A stretch of 64,000 nt of DNA from a bacterium (GTDB lineage: Archaea > Thermoplasmatota > E2 > JACPAO01 > JAHFTW01), in the NCBI GenBank assembly GCA_040390065.1, contig JAZJZE010000001.1, positions 262,718 through 326,717 of the forward strand, written 5' to 3'. The position numbers and the translations under genes were made by a program. Each line of letters starts with the position of its first letter. Positions within the stretch are counted from its first letter, which is position 1. The notes beneath the pieces were generated by a model. It saw only the letters and a program-made list of their open reading frames with translations, was not told where the DNA came from and did not search any database. Of this stretch, positions 47,742-58,340 are shown in pieces.

Positions 47742-48152
47742 CTAGCGCGTCGGAGCCTCTTCGAGAGTCGCGCGCACCGCCGCCATCATCCGCTCCGCGG
47801 GAATCGGCTTCGTGAGGTAGTACTTCACGTGCAGCTCGTTTAGGGCTTCGATGGCGATGTCCATGTCGGGGTAGGCCGTGATGAGGAGGCTGGGCGTGCC
47901 CGGACGGACCTTGGCCGCCTGCCGCAGGAATTCCAGGCCATTGACCTCCGGCATGCGGAAATCGACGACCATCAGGGAGACTGGCCGCCGGGCGATGATG
48001 GCCGATGCCTCCGCCGCAGAGGAGGCCCGCAGGACGGTGCTGCCGGGAAGCTCATGACGCAGCAGCATCGCGTACGAGTCGAGGATGTCCGCGTCGTCGT
48101 CGACGAGCAGGACGACCGCCTCAGCTGGCTTCGTTTCGGGGTGCCCCGGCAT
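47742..48152 (-). CDS. Stand-alone response regulator receiver
   Basis: LLVDDD, VVDFRMP, ITAY, TKP. Confidence 0.9.
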   Translation of the reverse strand: MPGHPETKPAEAVVLLVDDDADILDSYAMLLRHELPGSTVLRASSAAEASAIIARRPVSLMVVDFRMPEVNGLEFLRQAAKVRPGTPSLLITAYPDMDIAIEALNELHVKYYLTKPIPAERMMAAVRATLEEAPTR

Positions 48153-48194
48153 GCCCTGCGATTGGGGGGGCTCTCTTAACGGTGCCACCCGCGG

Positions 48195-49358
48195 CTACCG
48201 CGACAACGACTTCGCCTTCTTCGTGTCTTCCCACGGCAGCTTCAAGTCGGTCCGTCCGAAGTGGCCGTAACTCGACGTCTGCGTGTAGATGGGCTTGCGA
48301 AGGCCCAGTTCCTCGAGGATGGCGCCCGGCCCGAAGTCGAAGTCGCGCCGCAGGATGGCCTCGATCTTGGAATCGGCGATCGTACCCGTCCCGAACGTCT
48401 CGACGGCGAGGCTCACCGGTTGCAGCGAGCCGATGGAGTACGCCACTTGGATCTGCAGTCGTGTGGCGAGTCCCGCCGCGACGAGGTTCTTGGCGGCAAA
48501 GCGGGCATAGTAGGCCGCCGACCGGTCCACCTTCGTCGGATCCTTGCCGGAGAACGCGCCGCCGCCGTGCGGCACCCAGCCGCCATACGTATCGACGATG
48601 ATCTTGCGCCCCGTCAAGCCGCAGTCGGACTTCGGCCCGCCGGTCTCGAAGCGGCCAGTGTGGTTGATGAAGAACTTCGTCTTGGCGTGCAGCCACTCTT
48701 CGGGCACGACGTCGCGGATGCAGTGCTCGATCAGGTCCTCGTGCAGTTCCTGCTGCCGGCCGCTCATCTCGGGCTTGTGCTGTGCCGCGAGCACGACGGC
48801 ATCGACGGCGACGGGCTTGCCCTTCTCGAAGCGCACGGACACCTGCGACTTGCCATCCGGCCGAAGGTACGACAACTTGCGCTTGCGCCGCAACTCGGTG
48901 AGGCGACGCGTCAGTCCATGCGCAAGCGAGATGGGGGCCGGCATGAAGTCGCCGCCGCGCCGCGTGGGCTTCTGCGCATACCCGAACATGAGGCCCTGGT
49001 CACCGGCGCCGATCTTGCGGTCTTTGCGCGCCACGACGCCTTGGGCGATGTCCGTGGCTTGCGGCACGATGCGCGAGACAAAGACAGCCGTGTCATGGCC
49101 GATCCCAGATGCGGCCGAGTCGTATCCGATGTCGCGGATCGCCTTGCGTGCCACGGCTTCGTGGTCGACGTCGATGCCCGCGGCGGCGCTGATCTCGCCA
49201 GCGCAGCAAATGAATTCCGTCGCCACGAGCGATTCGCAGGCGACGCGTGCCATGGCGTCGCGCTTCAGGTACGCATCCAGGATGGCATCGCTGATGCGGT
49301 CGGCGACCTTGTCCGGATGGCCTTCCGTCACGGACTCGGAGGCAAAGACGAAGGGCAC
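48195..49358 (-). CDS. metK: S-adenosylmethionine synthetase, bacterial type
   Basis: SESVTEGHPDK, GAGDQG, GLTGRKIIVDTYGG, GGGAFSGKDPTKVDRS. Confidence 0.97.
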   Translation of the reverse strand: MPFVFASESVTEGHPDKVADRISDAILDAYLKRDAMARVACESLVATEFICCAGEISAAAGIDVDHEAVARKAIRDIGYDSAASGIGHDTAVFVSRIVPQATDIAQGVVARKDRKIGAGDQGLMFGYAQKPTRRGGDFMPAPISLAHGLTRRLTELRRKRKLSYLRPDGKSQVSVRFEKGKPVAVDAVVLAAQHKPEMSGRQQELHEDLIEHCIRDVVPEEWLHAKTKFFINHTGRFETGGPKSDCGLTGRKIIVDTYGGWVPHGGGAFSGKDPTKVDRSAAYYARFAAKNLVAAGLATRLQIQVAYSIGSLQPVSLAVETFGTGTIADSKIEAILRRDFDFGPGAILEELGLRKPIYTQTSSYGHFGRTDLKLPWEDTKKAKSLSR

Positions 49359-49471
49359 GGATGCGCACAGAAGCCGGCGGGTGATAAGCGCAGAGGGGGC
49401 ACCCCAGCCTCCGGGCCCCGTCGGTGCATCGACGCAACGCCTATGTGGGCCCGCGGGTGGGTCGTCCCTTG

Positions 49472-50578
49472 ATGCGGCTCGTCCTCATTGCCTTCGCCCT
49501 TGCCGGCCTCCTGTTCGCGGGCTGTTCGCAACCGACACCTTCCACGACGACGGAGCCGCCGGCCCTCGCCACTCCCGAGTACCCGACGGTGGCGCCGACG
49601 TTCAAGGCCGCGACGCTTCTTTCGGACCTCAAGACCTTCGCCACGCAATTCCCCGTCCGTAACGACAACGTCCCCACGCACGAAGGGGCCCGGCAATGGA
49701 TTGCCCAACAGTGGCGCGACGCCGGCCTCACCGTGTGGCGGCAGAACTTCACGACCGGCGGCCTGCCGCAGGCGAACATCGTCGGCATCAAGTGGGGCGA
49801 AGACCGCAGCACCTGGATCGTCGTCGGCGGCCACTACGACACGACGCATTGGGACTGCATCGTCGACAGCAACGCGCCCGGACCAGCCACCTGCGCCGGC
49901 CACGCCGCAAGCCAGGGCGCCTACGACGACGGCTCGGGCACGATGATGAGCGTGGAACTCGGCAAGCGCTGGGCCAACGTCACGACGCCGTACACCGTCG
50001 CCTTCGTCACGTACGACGGCGAGGAGCGCGGCCTCGAGGGGGCAAGTGCCTTCGTCGACGTCGTCGCTTCCGGTGCCTCGCCGTACGGCAACGTCACCAT
50101 CCGCGGCGCCCTCGACATCGACATGTTCGGCATCACGTGGCCCGGCACGAACGCGCCGGTGCAGATCCTCGACAACTCCAACGCCCTGCATAAGGTGTTC
50201 AAGGACACACAGACGGCCATCGGCATGCCGGCGGACATGTACTACTGCGGCGACATGCTCGCCCTCGGCTCCAGCGATTTCCAGGTTTTCTTCGACCAGG
50301 ACATCCCGGTCGTGTTCTTCTCCAGCGACTTCGGCAAGTACAGCCCGCCCGGCTCCCCCGCGGCAGCGCCCGAGGCGTACTATCCGAACTGGCACTTCAT
50401 CGACACGTACGACACAATGCAGGCCGAAGCTGGTGGCGCGCCGCAACTCGAAGCCGGCTTCACGACGGCCGTGAGTTTCGCGACCGCGGAACTGCACGCG
50501 CTGGCCGACACGACCGTCGCGCTCGACGTGCACGCGCCGCCGGGCTCGTCGGGTCTCAACGGCAATCAGCAGTGCTAG
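49472..50578 (+). CDS. M28 family metallopeptidase lipoprotein
   Basis: Lipobox FAGC; GGHYD, GAYDDGSG, DGEERGLEG, SSDF. Confidence 0.85.
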   Translation: MRLVLIAFALAGLLFAGCSQPTPSTTTEPPALATPEYPTVAPTFKAATLLSDLKTFATQFPVRNDNVPTHEGARQWIAQQWRDAGLTVWRQNFTTGGLPQANIVGIKWGEDRSTWIVVGGHYDTTHWDCIVDSNAPGPATCAGHAASQGAYDDGSGTMMSVELGKRWANVTTPYTVAFVTYDGEERGLEGASAFVDVVASGASPYGNVTIRGALDIDMFGITWPGTNAPVQILDNSNALHKVFKDTQTAIGMPADMYYCGDMLALGSSDFQVFFDQDIPVVFFSSDFGKYSPPGSPAAAPEAYYPNWHFIDTYDTMQAEAGGAPQLEAGFTTAVSFATAELHALADTTVALDVHAPPGSSGLNGNQQC

Positions 50579-50619
50579 TCAGCCCTGGGGCCCGGGAATC
50601 CGAAACACGTACTCGACCA

Positions 50620-50729
50620 GCGTCCGTTTTCGAAACCGGCCGTAGCGAAGCGCAAGCCCGTTTCGGCGGGTGGCCGAAGGCCGCCCCCGACGAAGTGGGT
50701 TCGAGCGAAGCGAAGAACCCGCTTCGTCG
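50620..50729. repeat. REP-like cluster of GC hairpins between convergent genes
   Basis: CGACGAAG(T)GGGTTC..GAACCCGCTTCGTCG stem; GGCC-GAA-GGCC; GCGAAGCG motifs. Confidence 0.6.
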
Positions 50730-50731
50730 CT

Positions 50732-51004
50732 CTACATCAAACGTCCCATGTCCAGCAAATCCGCGCCCTGGATCCCGGGCAGCGACGTGAGGGCCTGCTC
50801 GACGAGGTCGTTGTTGCCTTCGACGTCCTGCACGATGATGGCGACCACGAGGACCTTCATGCCGAAGACGAAGGGCTGGATGTCCGCCTTGGAGACGCGG
50901 CCGACGTTGGCCGGGATGGCTGCGCGCACGGCGGCTTCCATCTTCGACATGTCCGTCGAGGAGTCTTCCGGCGTCAGGCGGTACTTGAGGAGGACTTCTC
51001 CCAT
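50732..51004 (-). CDS. ef1b: Elongation factor 1-beta
   Basis: MGEVLLKYRLTPE, QPFVFGMKVL; archaeal EF-1beta pattern, 90 aa. Confidence 0.85.
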   Translation of the reverse strand: MGEVLLKYRLTPEDSSTDMSKMEAAVRAAIPANVGRVSKADIQPFVFGMKVLVVAIIVQDVEGNNDLVEQALTSLPGIQGADLLDMGRLM

Positions 51005-51123
51005 GCGTCGCGCGACACGGCGGCCCTATTTCATTGCGACGACGGCGGCCCCCTATTGAGGAAGGCCTTTTGCCGCCGGCGGCTCGGGCGCCTCCGATGA
51101 GCGGGGCTGGCCGTGCGTCGTCC

Positions 51124-51840
51124 ATGGACTTGCGCCCCGAGGCCGCCGAGGCCATCGGCGTGTTCTTCCTCGTCGTCGTGGGCTGTGGCGCCATCATGGT
51201 GGACGCGACGGGGGGCGCGCTTGGCCACGTCGGGGTCAGCTTGGCCTTCGCCTTCGTCATCCTCGTCCAAGTCTACGCGCTCGGCCCGGTCTGCGGCGCG
51301 CACTTCAATCCGGCCATCACGCTCGCCTTCGCGGCATCGGGTCATTTCCCGTGGCGTCGGGTCCCATCCTACCTCGGTGCCCAGGTCATCGGCGCAACTG
51401 TTGCGGCCTTCACGCTGAAGGGCCTGCTCGGAAACGTCGCGCATGTGGGGGCAAGTGCGGTTGCTCCGGGGACGACCGTCGCCCACGCGTTCCTTTGGGA
51501 GGCCATCGCGACCTTCCTTCTCGCCCTTGTCATCATCGCCGTCGCAACCGACCGGCGTGCTGCTCCGGCGGCCGCGGGGCTCGCGATCGGGCTCGCGGTC
51601 GGCGTCGGTGCCCTCGTCGCCGGACCTCTTACCGGCGGGTCCATGAATCCGGCCAGAAGCCTCGGCCCGGCCTTGGCCGCCGGCTTCTACGACAACCTGT
51701 GGCTGTACGTCGCTGCCCCCGTCGTCGGCGCGGTCTCGGCGATGCTTGTCTACCAGTGGCTACGCGGAGCAAGCACACCGCGCCACGACGTGCTCGGCGC
51801 CACTGGCCCCGTCGACCTGCACGACGAGGCGGCGCGATGA
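51124..51840 (+). CDS. MIP family channel (aquaporin/aquaglyceroporin)
   Basis: GAHFNPA and GGSMNPARS. Confidence 0.93.
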   Translation: MDLRPEAAEAIGVFFLVVVGCGAIMVDATGGALGHVGVSLAFAFVILVQVYALGPVCGAHFNPAITLAFAASGHFPWRRVPSYLGAQVIGATVAAFTLKGLLGNVAHVGASAVAPGTTVAHAFLWEAIATFLLALVIIAVATDRRAAPAAAGLAIGLAVGVGALVAGPLTGGSMNPARSLGPALAAGFYDNLWLYVAAPVVGAVSAMLVYQWLRGASTPRHDVLGATGPVDLHDEAAR

Positions 51841-52235
51841 AACGCTTCACGGTCCTGTTCGCGTGCGTCGGCAACTCTGCCCGCAGCCAGATGGCCGAAG
51901 GCTTCGCCAAGACCCTCGGACGCGGCCGCATCGACGCGCGAAGCGGTGGAAGCAAGCCACTGGGCTACGTTCTGCCCGAGGCCATCCAGGTCATGCGCGA
52001 GAAGGACATCGACATCTCCCGGCATCCCAGCCGCGGCTTCGACGAGGCTTGGGTGCGCGCCGAATGCGACCTGGTCGTCACGATGGGTTGCGGCGACGAC
52101 GCGTGCCCCGCCTTTGTCGGGAAACCGATCGTCGCCTGGGACCTCGACGACCCGAAGGGCAAACCCATCGAGGAATTCCGGCGCGTGCGCGACGACATCG
52201 AGCGGCTGGTCCGGGCGTTGCTCGCGACGCACTAG
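51837..52235 (+). CDS. arsC: LMW-PTP-fold arsenate reductase
   Basis: CVGNSARSQMAE, VTMGCGDDACP, WDLDDP. Confidence 0.9.
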   Translation: MKRFTVLFACVGNSARSQMAEGFAKTLGRGRIDARSGGSKPLGYVLPEAIQVMREKDIDISRHPSRGFDEAWVRAECDLVVTMGCGDDACPAFVGKPIVAWDLDDPKGKPIEEFRRVRDDIERLVRALLATH

Positions 52236-52663
52236 GTTGCCAGGTCGAGGCGGAACGCCACGGCCGATGCGGGACACGCCCCGCTTAGTTCCTGCGATGT
52301 TCCAAGCGCCGGCGGCAAGGCCGTGCGGGGAACCTCTTTCCAGCCGAGCCGGGCAAGCAGGGGTGCGATGGTCGTGGTGAGTCCGTAGCCTCGGCTAACG
52401 TGAGCGCGTCGCATCTCCGCAACGCCGGCACCGATGAGGCGCTTGCCGAGACCGGCGCCGCGATGCGCCGGGTCCACGACGAGGGAACGCAGCAGCGCGA
52501 CCGAGCCATACGCTTCGAAGCCGATGCAGCCGATGACCTTGCCGCGATCCCGCCAGACCCAGAGGGTGTCCACGTGGTCGGCGACGCCGGCCGTCGGGAG
52601 CGTTGCGGCCTCGAGGAGAGCTTCGACCGCGGGGAGGTCCGCGGCGGCGGCGCGATGCAGCAT
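52232..52663 (-). CDS. GNAT acetyltransferase (ArsN2-like)
   Basis: ALLRSLVVDP..RGAGLG, LTTT, CPASA. Confidence 0.8.
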   Translation of the reverse strand: MLHRAAAADLPAVEALLEAATLPTAGVADHVDTLWVWRDRGKVIGCIGFEAYGSVALLRSLVVDPAHRGAGLGKRLIGAGVAEMRRAHVSRGYGLTTTIAPLLARLGWKEVPRTALPPALGTSQELSGACPASAVAFRLDLAT

Positions 52664-52734
52664 CGCAAGCGCAAGGCCGTCAGGGCAAGATGAGGCTTGC
52701 CGGCCGCCGCGCGGCGGCATCTGCCAGGTTGCAG

Positions 52735-52809
52735 CGGGCGATGAGGGATTTGAACCCCCGACCAGCGGATTAAAAGTCCGCTGCCATAACCGAGCTAGGC
52801 CAATCGCCC
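52735..52809 (-). tRNA. tRNA-Lys (UUU)
   Basis: GGGCGAT..GCGGA-CTTTTAA-TCCGC..GGTTCAAATCC..ATCGCCCG. Confidence 0.95.
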
Positions 52810-52871
52810 TTGGGGATATTTCCGCGGACACAGCCGGGGAACAAAAGGGAGACGGGCTTGGTCGTCCACGC

Positions 52872-54419
52872 ATGCGGCTCGCCTTCTCGCTCCTCGTCAT
52901 CCTGGCATTTGCCGGTTGCGCATCCGTTCCGCCTCCGGCCGCGCCCCAGGTTTCGTTCGACCCCCACTGGTCGGAGAAGGCGCTCGCGACGGGGGAAGGC
53001 CACGACCACGCGGACCCGCTGCAGCACCTCAACCTCACGACGCCCAACTTCACCGTCCTGGGCCATGACTCCCTGAACTCCCCGTACTACGGTGGCCCCC
53101 CCGGAGCAACCCTGTGCGGCGACGCGGGGCAGGCGCCCAACGGTCGGCGCATCGCGGCCGTCGAGTCGCGCAGCAACGTCGGCTTCTCCCTCGCCGACGT
53201 CACGAACGCAACGCATCCCGTCTGGCTGGGAGAACTCGTCATGGAGAACACGCGCGTCTACGACCTCGCCGTCGTGCCCGACGGCGCCTACGTGGTGCTG
53301 GTCACGGCGAACCTGGAGAATACGCCCGTGGGGCTGCCCATCCTCGATGCCGCCCCCCGCATGACGTGGCGCAGTCCGTGCGCGCCGGAGCACGAGGTGC
53401 AGCGAGTGGGCCTGGCCGCGACGACCGCGCCCATCCCCGCGCCCGCCCAGGTCTTGCTCGTCGACATTTCGGACCCCGCCAATCCGACCATCGTGGACGG
53501 CCAACCGATCTCCGGCTACGGCCACAGCGTCTTCAGCACGGCCATCGACGGCCGGACGTGGCTGCTGGTCTCGACTCTCGGGCCGTTCCCCCCGGCCGTT
53601 CCGGCGCAAGCCACGAGTGGCTGGGAGTTCTACGAGTTGCAGGCAACGCCTCTCGGCGTGCGCCTCCATTTGCTGTCGACCTACTACGTTCGCGGCGACC
53701 TCGTGACCTCTGTCGGCCAGTTCGCCCACGACGGCGCCATCGCGAAGCATTCGGGCACTGGCCAGACCCTCGGCTACCTCGTCGGCGGCGACCGCGTCAC
53801 CATCGTCGACCTTGCGGACCCGTCCCAGCCGCGCGAGTTGTCGCATTGGAGCGACGTGGTGGCGACGACCGCGGGGCATTCCGGCAACTTCCATTCCGTC
53901 GTCCCGCTCGACAGGTTGTGGAACGGCCGTCACTACACCGTGGTCGGCCCCGAGTTCGGCAACCACCCGGATGGTGCGCCGTCGGGCATCGTCTGGGTGC
54001 TGGACACGACGGATCCAGGCAAGCCGCACGAAGTCGCGGGCTGGACGCTGCCGCATGACCCCGAATGGTCGGGCGAGTACATGTTCAGCGACCACTACTT
54101 CGGCGTCGGCAACAAGACGCTCTACGTCAGCATGTACCACGGCGGCATCTGGGCCGTCGACTTGTCCCCCGTGCTCGACGCCACCCGGGCCGGCTTCCGC
54201 AGCCTCGACTCCATCGGCGTCTTCATGCCAGTCGACGCGGCCGTGCACCCCGCAGTCAAGGTCCGTTGGGCGCCGACGTTGGAGGAAGCCCTCGTCTATT
54301 CCGACGGTGTACTCGTCACGTTCGATTCCTTCACCGGGCTGTGGACGGTGCGCTTCGACGCGGAGCATCCCGCGCCGCCGCCGGCGCCGTGGCCGCTCGT
54401 GCCCCCGCACGGATATTAA
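52872..54419 (+). CDS. LVIVD-repeat beta-propeller lipoprotein
   Basis: Lipobox FAGC; LVDISDPANP, IVDLADPSQP, VLDTTDPGKP; His motifs in several blades. Confidence 0.8.
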   Translation: MRLAFSLLVILAFAGCASVPPPAAPQVSFDPHWSEKALATGEGHDHADPLQHLNLTTPNFTVLGHDSLNSPYYGGPPGATLCGDAGQAPNGRRIAAVESRSNVGFSLADVTNATHPVWLGELVMENTRVYDLAVVPDGAYVVLVTANLENTPVGLPILDAAPRMTWRSPCAPEHEVQRVGLAATTAPIPAPAQVLLVDISDPANPTIVDGQPISGYGHSVFSTAIDGRTWLLVSTLGPFPPAVPAQATSGWEFYELQATPLGVRLHLLSTYYVRGDLVTSVGQFAHDGAIAKHSGTGQTLGYLVGGDRVTIVDLADPSQPRELSHWSDVVATTAGHSGNFHSVVPLDRLWNGRHYTVVGPEFGNHPDGAPSGIVWVLDTTDPGKPHEVAGWTLPHDPEWSGEYMFSDHYFGVGNKTLYVSMYHGGIWAVDLSPVLDATRAGFRSLDSIGVFMPVDAAVHPAVKVRWAPTLEEALVYSDGVLVTFDSFTGLWTVRFDAEHPAPPPAPWPLVPPHGY

Positions 54420-54517
54420 AAAAGGCGCTGGGAAAGCCCGAACCCATTCACCCACCCGTTAGGAACCTTCAAGTCAGGCCACCCCATATTCGGAAGGTTC
54501 CGGGGAGGGCTCAACGG

Positions 54518-54524
54518 TTTTATA
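54518..54524 (+). promoter_or_regulatory. TATA-box candidate for the RNA polymerase operon
   Basis: TTTTATA in GC-rich context. Confidence 0.55.
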
Positions 54525-54666
54525 CCCCCCCCGCGTCGGCGCGAAGTGCAGCGCCAGATTCCGGGTTAGCTTGGGCCATCCCGCCGTGGCCCTCGACCCT
54601 GGAGCGAGGAGAAGCCGCAAGGCCGAGTCTCGACATGCAAGCCGTCCCCAACGTCCAGGTGTTTTT

Positions 54667-54936
54667 GTGAGCGACGAGGTCACCCCCGCCAACGTCAGCC
54701 GGTTCAACGTCCTGAACCACCAGAACGTCCCCCTCCACACGGTCCTCGCGACCGACGAGGAGAAGGCCCTTCTCAAGAAGTACGCCATCGTCAAGGAGCA
54801 GTTGCCCAAGATCCGCTCCACCGACCCCGCAGCCAAGGTCGTGAACGCCAAGCCGGGCAACATCATCCGCATCACGCGCCGCAGCCCCACCGCCGGGACC
54901 GCCGTCGCCTACCGTCTCGTCGTCGAGGCCATCTAA
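54667..54936 (+). CDS. rpoH: RNA polymerase subunit Rpo5 (H)
   Basis: HQNVPLH, QLPKI..DP, RRSPTAG..YRLV. Confidence 0.95.
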   Translation: MSDEVTPANVSRFNVLNHQNVPLHTVLATDEEKALLKKYAIVKEQLPKIRSTDPAAKVVNAKPGNIIRITRRSPTAGTAVAYRLVVEAI

Positions 54937-54948
54937 GGAGTCTTTGTC

Positions 54949-57900
54949 ATGCGCGAACTTGTTGACGCCTTCTACGCCGAACGCTCGATCGTGAACCACC
55001 ACATCGCCTCGTTCAACGACTTCCTGGCCCACCGCCTGCAACACGTCATCGACAACATCCGCATCGGCGACGAGGAGACCGCCGAGCGCGGCGTCGTCCA
55101 GACCGACATCGAGGGCTTCTTCATCAAGCTCGGCAAGGTCTCGGTCGGCCGCCCCGTCGTCAAGGAAGCCGACGGCTCGCTGCGCCCGCTCACCCCGATG
55201 GAGAGCCGCCTGCGCAACCTCACGTACCAAGCCCCCCTGACGCTGGAGTTCATCCGCGTCATCGACGGCATCGAGCACGAACCCGAGCTCGTCAACATCG
55301 GCCGCCTGCCGATCATGGTACACTCGGGCCACTGCAACATCAACCGCAAGATCCTGGACGAGTCCGAGGGCCGCGCCCTCTCCGAGGAGGAATACAAGAA
55401 CAAGCTCGTCGAACTCCAGGAAGACCCCCTCGACCCGGGAGGCTATTTCATCTCCAACGGCACCGAGCGTGTCCTCATCACCCTCGAAGACTTGGCGCCC
55501 AACCGCGTCCTCGTCGAGAAGGCCACGCGCTACGGCACCGACGTCGAGATCGCCAAGGTGTTCTCGCAGCACGAAGGCTACCGCGCCCTCGTCGTCGTCG
55601 AGCGCAAGAAGGACGGCGACCTCATGGTCACGGTCCCCAGCGCCTCCGGTCAAATCCCCCTGGTCGTGCTCCTGCGCGCCCTCGGCATGGAGTCGGACGA
55701 AGAAATCGTCCACGCTATCATGACGGACAAGAAGGAGCAGGGCGCCATGGAGCCCCTCATCTTCGGCAACATCGAATCCGCCGCCGAAGAGTACGGCGTC
55801 ACCACGCGCGAGGACGCAATCGGCTACCTCGGCAAGCGCCTTGCCGGCGGCCAGGCCAAGGAGTACCGCGTCAAGCGCGTCGAGGCCCTCATGGACCGCA
55901 ACCTGCTGCCGCACCTCGGCCAGGAACCCGAGGACCGCATCACGAAGGCCATCTTCCTCGCCCGCATGGGCTCCGCCGTCTTCGAACTGTTCCTCGGCCT
56001 GCGCGAAGAGGACGACAAGGACCACTACGCCAACAAGCGCCTGAAGCTGGCCGGCGACCTCATGGAGGACCTGTTCCGCGTCGCCTTCATGGCGCTCTGC
56101 AAGGACCTCAAGTACCAACTCGAACGCGCCCACGCCCGCAACCGCGACGTCAAGATCCAGACCGCCGTCCGCGCCGATGTCCTGACGCAGCGCCTGCTGC
56201 ACAGCCTCGCGACGGGCAACTGGGTCTCCGGCCGCGCCGGCGTCTCGCAACTCCTGGACCGCACGTCGAACCTCGCCGCGTTGTCGCACATGCGCCGCGT
56301 GACGTCGCCCCTGACGCGCAGCCAGCCGCACTTCGAGGCCCGTGACCTGCACTCCACGCAGTGGGGCCGCTTGTGCCCCAACGAGACCCCCGAGGGTCCG
56401 AACTGCGGCCTTGTCAAGAACCTCAGCCTCTGCGTCGAGATTTCCGAAGGCTTCCCCGAACGCGAAGTCGAACGCGTGCTGCGCGACTTCGGCCTACGCC
56501 CCGTCGAGCGCGACAGCCCCGACGCCCAGGTCTACCTCAACGGCGACCTCGTCGGCTTGCACCCCGACCCGGCAGATCTCCTCAAGCGCATCAAGGAACG
56601 CCGCCGCGCCGGCCTCCTGTCGAACGAGGTCAACGTCTACCACGACGCCGACTCCAACGCTGTCTTCCTCAACTGCGACGCCGGCCGTGTCCGCCGCCCG
56701 CTCCTGGTCTCCGACCACGGCAAGCTCCGGTACACGAAGGAGTACACGAAGGACCTGAAGGAGAACCGCCTGCGCTGGTCCGACCTCATCAACGAGGGCA
56801 TCATCGAGTACATCGACGCCGAAGAGGAAGAGAACCTCTTCATCGCAATGGACGAGAAGACGGTGCAGAAGGACCACACGCACTGCGAGATCGACCCCAT
56901 GATCATCCTGGGCATCGGCTCCAGTCTGGTTCCGTACCCCGAGCACAACTCGTCGCCCCGCATCACGATGGGCGCCGGCATGGGCAAGCAATCCCTCGGC
57001 TTCGGCGACGCGAACTACCGCATCCGCCCCGACACGCGCGGCCACCTGCTGCACGCGCCGCAGGCCCCGCTCGTGCAGACGCACCCCGGCGAATACATCC
57101 ACTTCAACCAGCGCCCCGCTGGCCAGAACTTCGTGGTCGCCGTGATGTCGTTCCACGGGTACAACATGGAAGACGCCATCGTCATGTCCAAGGCCTCCAT
57201 CGAGCGCGGCCTGGGACGCAGCACGTTCTTCCGCACGTACTCGACGGAGGAGCGCCGCTACCCCGGAGGCCAGGAAGACCGCTTCGAGCGCCCTGACCCC
57301 GAGTGCCGCGGTGTGCGCCCCGAGGAGATGTACGCCTACATCGAGGAGGACGGCCTCATCTCGCCGGAGCGCAACGTCAACGGCGGCGACGTCTTGATCG
57401 GCAAGACCAGCCCGCCGCGCTTCCTCGAGGAGCCCACGGATTTCCTCACGCCGCAGAAGCGCCGCGAGACGTCCGTCACGGTCCGCCACGGCGAGGCCGG
57501 CTGGGTCGACACGGTCATGCTCACCGAGTCCGTGAACGGCTCGCGCATGGTCAAGATCAAGGTCCGCGACCAGCGCATCCCTGAGCTCGGCGACAAGTTC
57601 GCCTCCAAGCACGGCCAGAAGGGCGTGTTGGGCCTCATGGTGCCGCAGGAGGGCTTGCCCTTCGACGAGGACGGCATGACGCCGGACATCGTCGTGAACC
57701 CGCACGCCATCCCGTCGCGCATGACGGTCGCGCACGTCTTGGAGATGATCGGTGGCCTCGTCGGATCGGCTGAGGGCCGCTTCATCGACGGCACGGCATT
57801 CTCCGGCGTCGACGACGAGACGGTGCTGCGCACGGCCCTGCTGAAGAACGGCTTCAAGCACAACGGCCGCACGCGCCTGCACGACGGCCAGACCGGCCGC

Positions 57901-58326
57901 ATGTTCGAGGTCGACATCTTCGTCGGCTGCATCTACTACCAGAAGCTGCACCACATGGTCGCCGGCAAGATCCACGCCCGCAGCCGCGGCCCCGTGCAGA
58001 TCCTGACCCGCCAGCCCACCGAAGGGCGCGCCCGTGACGGTGGTCTGCGCTTCGGTGAAATGGAACGCGATGCCCTCATCGGCCACGGCGCCGCGATGGT
58101 CATCAAGGACCGCCTCCTCGACGAGTCGGACCTCACGACGCAGTACGTCTGCGACAAGTGCGGCCACGTCGCCATGCTGGACCGCCGCGGCTTCTACCGC
58201 TGCACCGTGTGCGGCGACGACGCCGACATCCACCCGGTCGAGATGTCCTACGCGTACAAGCTTCTCATGGAAGAATTGAAGAGTCTCATCGTCGCGCCGC
58301 GCATGCGGCTGCAGGCGTTGGTGTAA
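54949..58326 (+). CDS. rpoB: RNA polymerase subunit Rpo2 (B), unsplit
   Basis: [44 protein letters not shown]4 Zn finger. Confidence 0.98.
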   Translation: MRELVDAFYAERSIVNHHIASFNDFLAHRLQHVIDNIRIGDEETAERGVVQTDIEGFFIKLGKVSVGRPVVKEADGSLRPLTPMESRLRNLTYQAPLTLEFIRVIDGIEHEPELVNIGRLPIMVHSGHCNINRKILDESEGRALSEEEYKNKLVELQEDPLDPGGYFISNGTERVLITLEDLAPNRVLVEKATRYGTDVEIAKVFSQHEGYRALVVVERKKDGDLMVTVPSASGQIPLVVLLRALGMESDEEIVHAIMTDKKEQGAMEPLIFGNIESAAEEYGVTTREDAIGYLGKRLAGGQAKEYRVKRVEALMDRNLLPHLGQEPEDRITKAIFLARMGSAVFELFLGLREEDDKDHYANKRLKLAGDLMEDLFRVAFMALCKDLKYQLERAHARNRDVKIQTAVRADVLTQRLLHSLATGNWVSGRAGVSQLLDRTSNLAALSHMRRVTSPLTRSQPHFEARDLHSTQWGRLCPNETPEGPNCGLVKNLSLCVEISEGFPEREVERVLRDFGLRPVERDSPDAQVYLNGDLVGLHPDPADLLKRIKERRRAGLLSNEVNVYHDADSNAVFLNCDAGRVRRPLLVSDHGKLRYTKEYTKDLKENRLRWSDLINEGIIEYIDAEEEENLFIAMDEKTVQKDHTHCEIDPMIILGIGSSLVPYPEHNSSPRITMGAGMGKQSLGFGDANYRIRPDTRGHLLHAPQAPLVQTHPGEYIHFNQRPAGQNFVVAVMSFHGYNMEDAIVMSKASIERGLGRSTFFRTYSTEERRYPGGQEDRFERPDPECRGVRPEEMYAYIEEDGLISPERNVNGGDVLIGKTSPPRFLEEPTDFLTPQKRRETSVTVRHGEAGWVDTVMLTESVNGSRMVKIKVRDQRIPELGDKFASKHGQKGVLGLMVPQEGLPFDEDGMTPDIVVNPHAIPSRMTVAHVLEMIGGLVGSAEGRFIDGTAFSGVDDETVLRTALLKNGFKHNGRTRLHDGQTGRMFEVDIFVGCIYYQKLHHMVAGKIHARSRGPVQILTRQPTEGRARDGGLRFGEMERDALIGHGAAMVIKDRLLDESDLTTQYVCDKCGHVAMLDRRGFYRCTVCGDDADIHPVEMSYAYKLLMEELKSLIVAPRMRLQALV

Positions 58327-58340
58327 CAGGAGGAGAAACC

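Noticed and set aside
51080-52809. Arsenic module as an island integrated at tRNA-Lys
   Set aside because: No convincing duplicate of the tRNA-Lys 3' end and no integrase seen.
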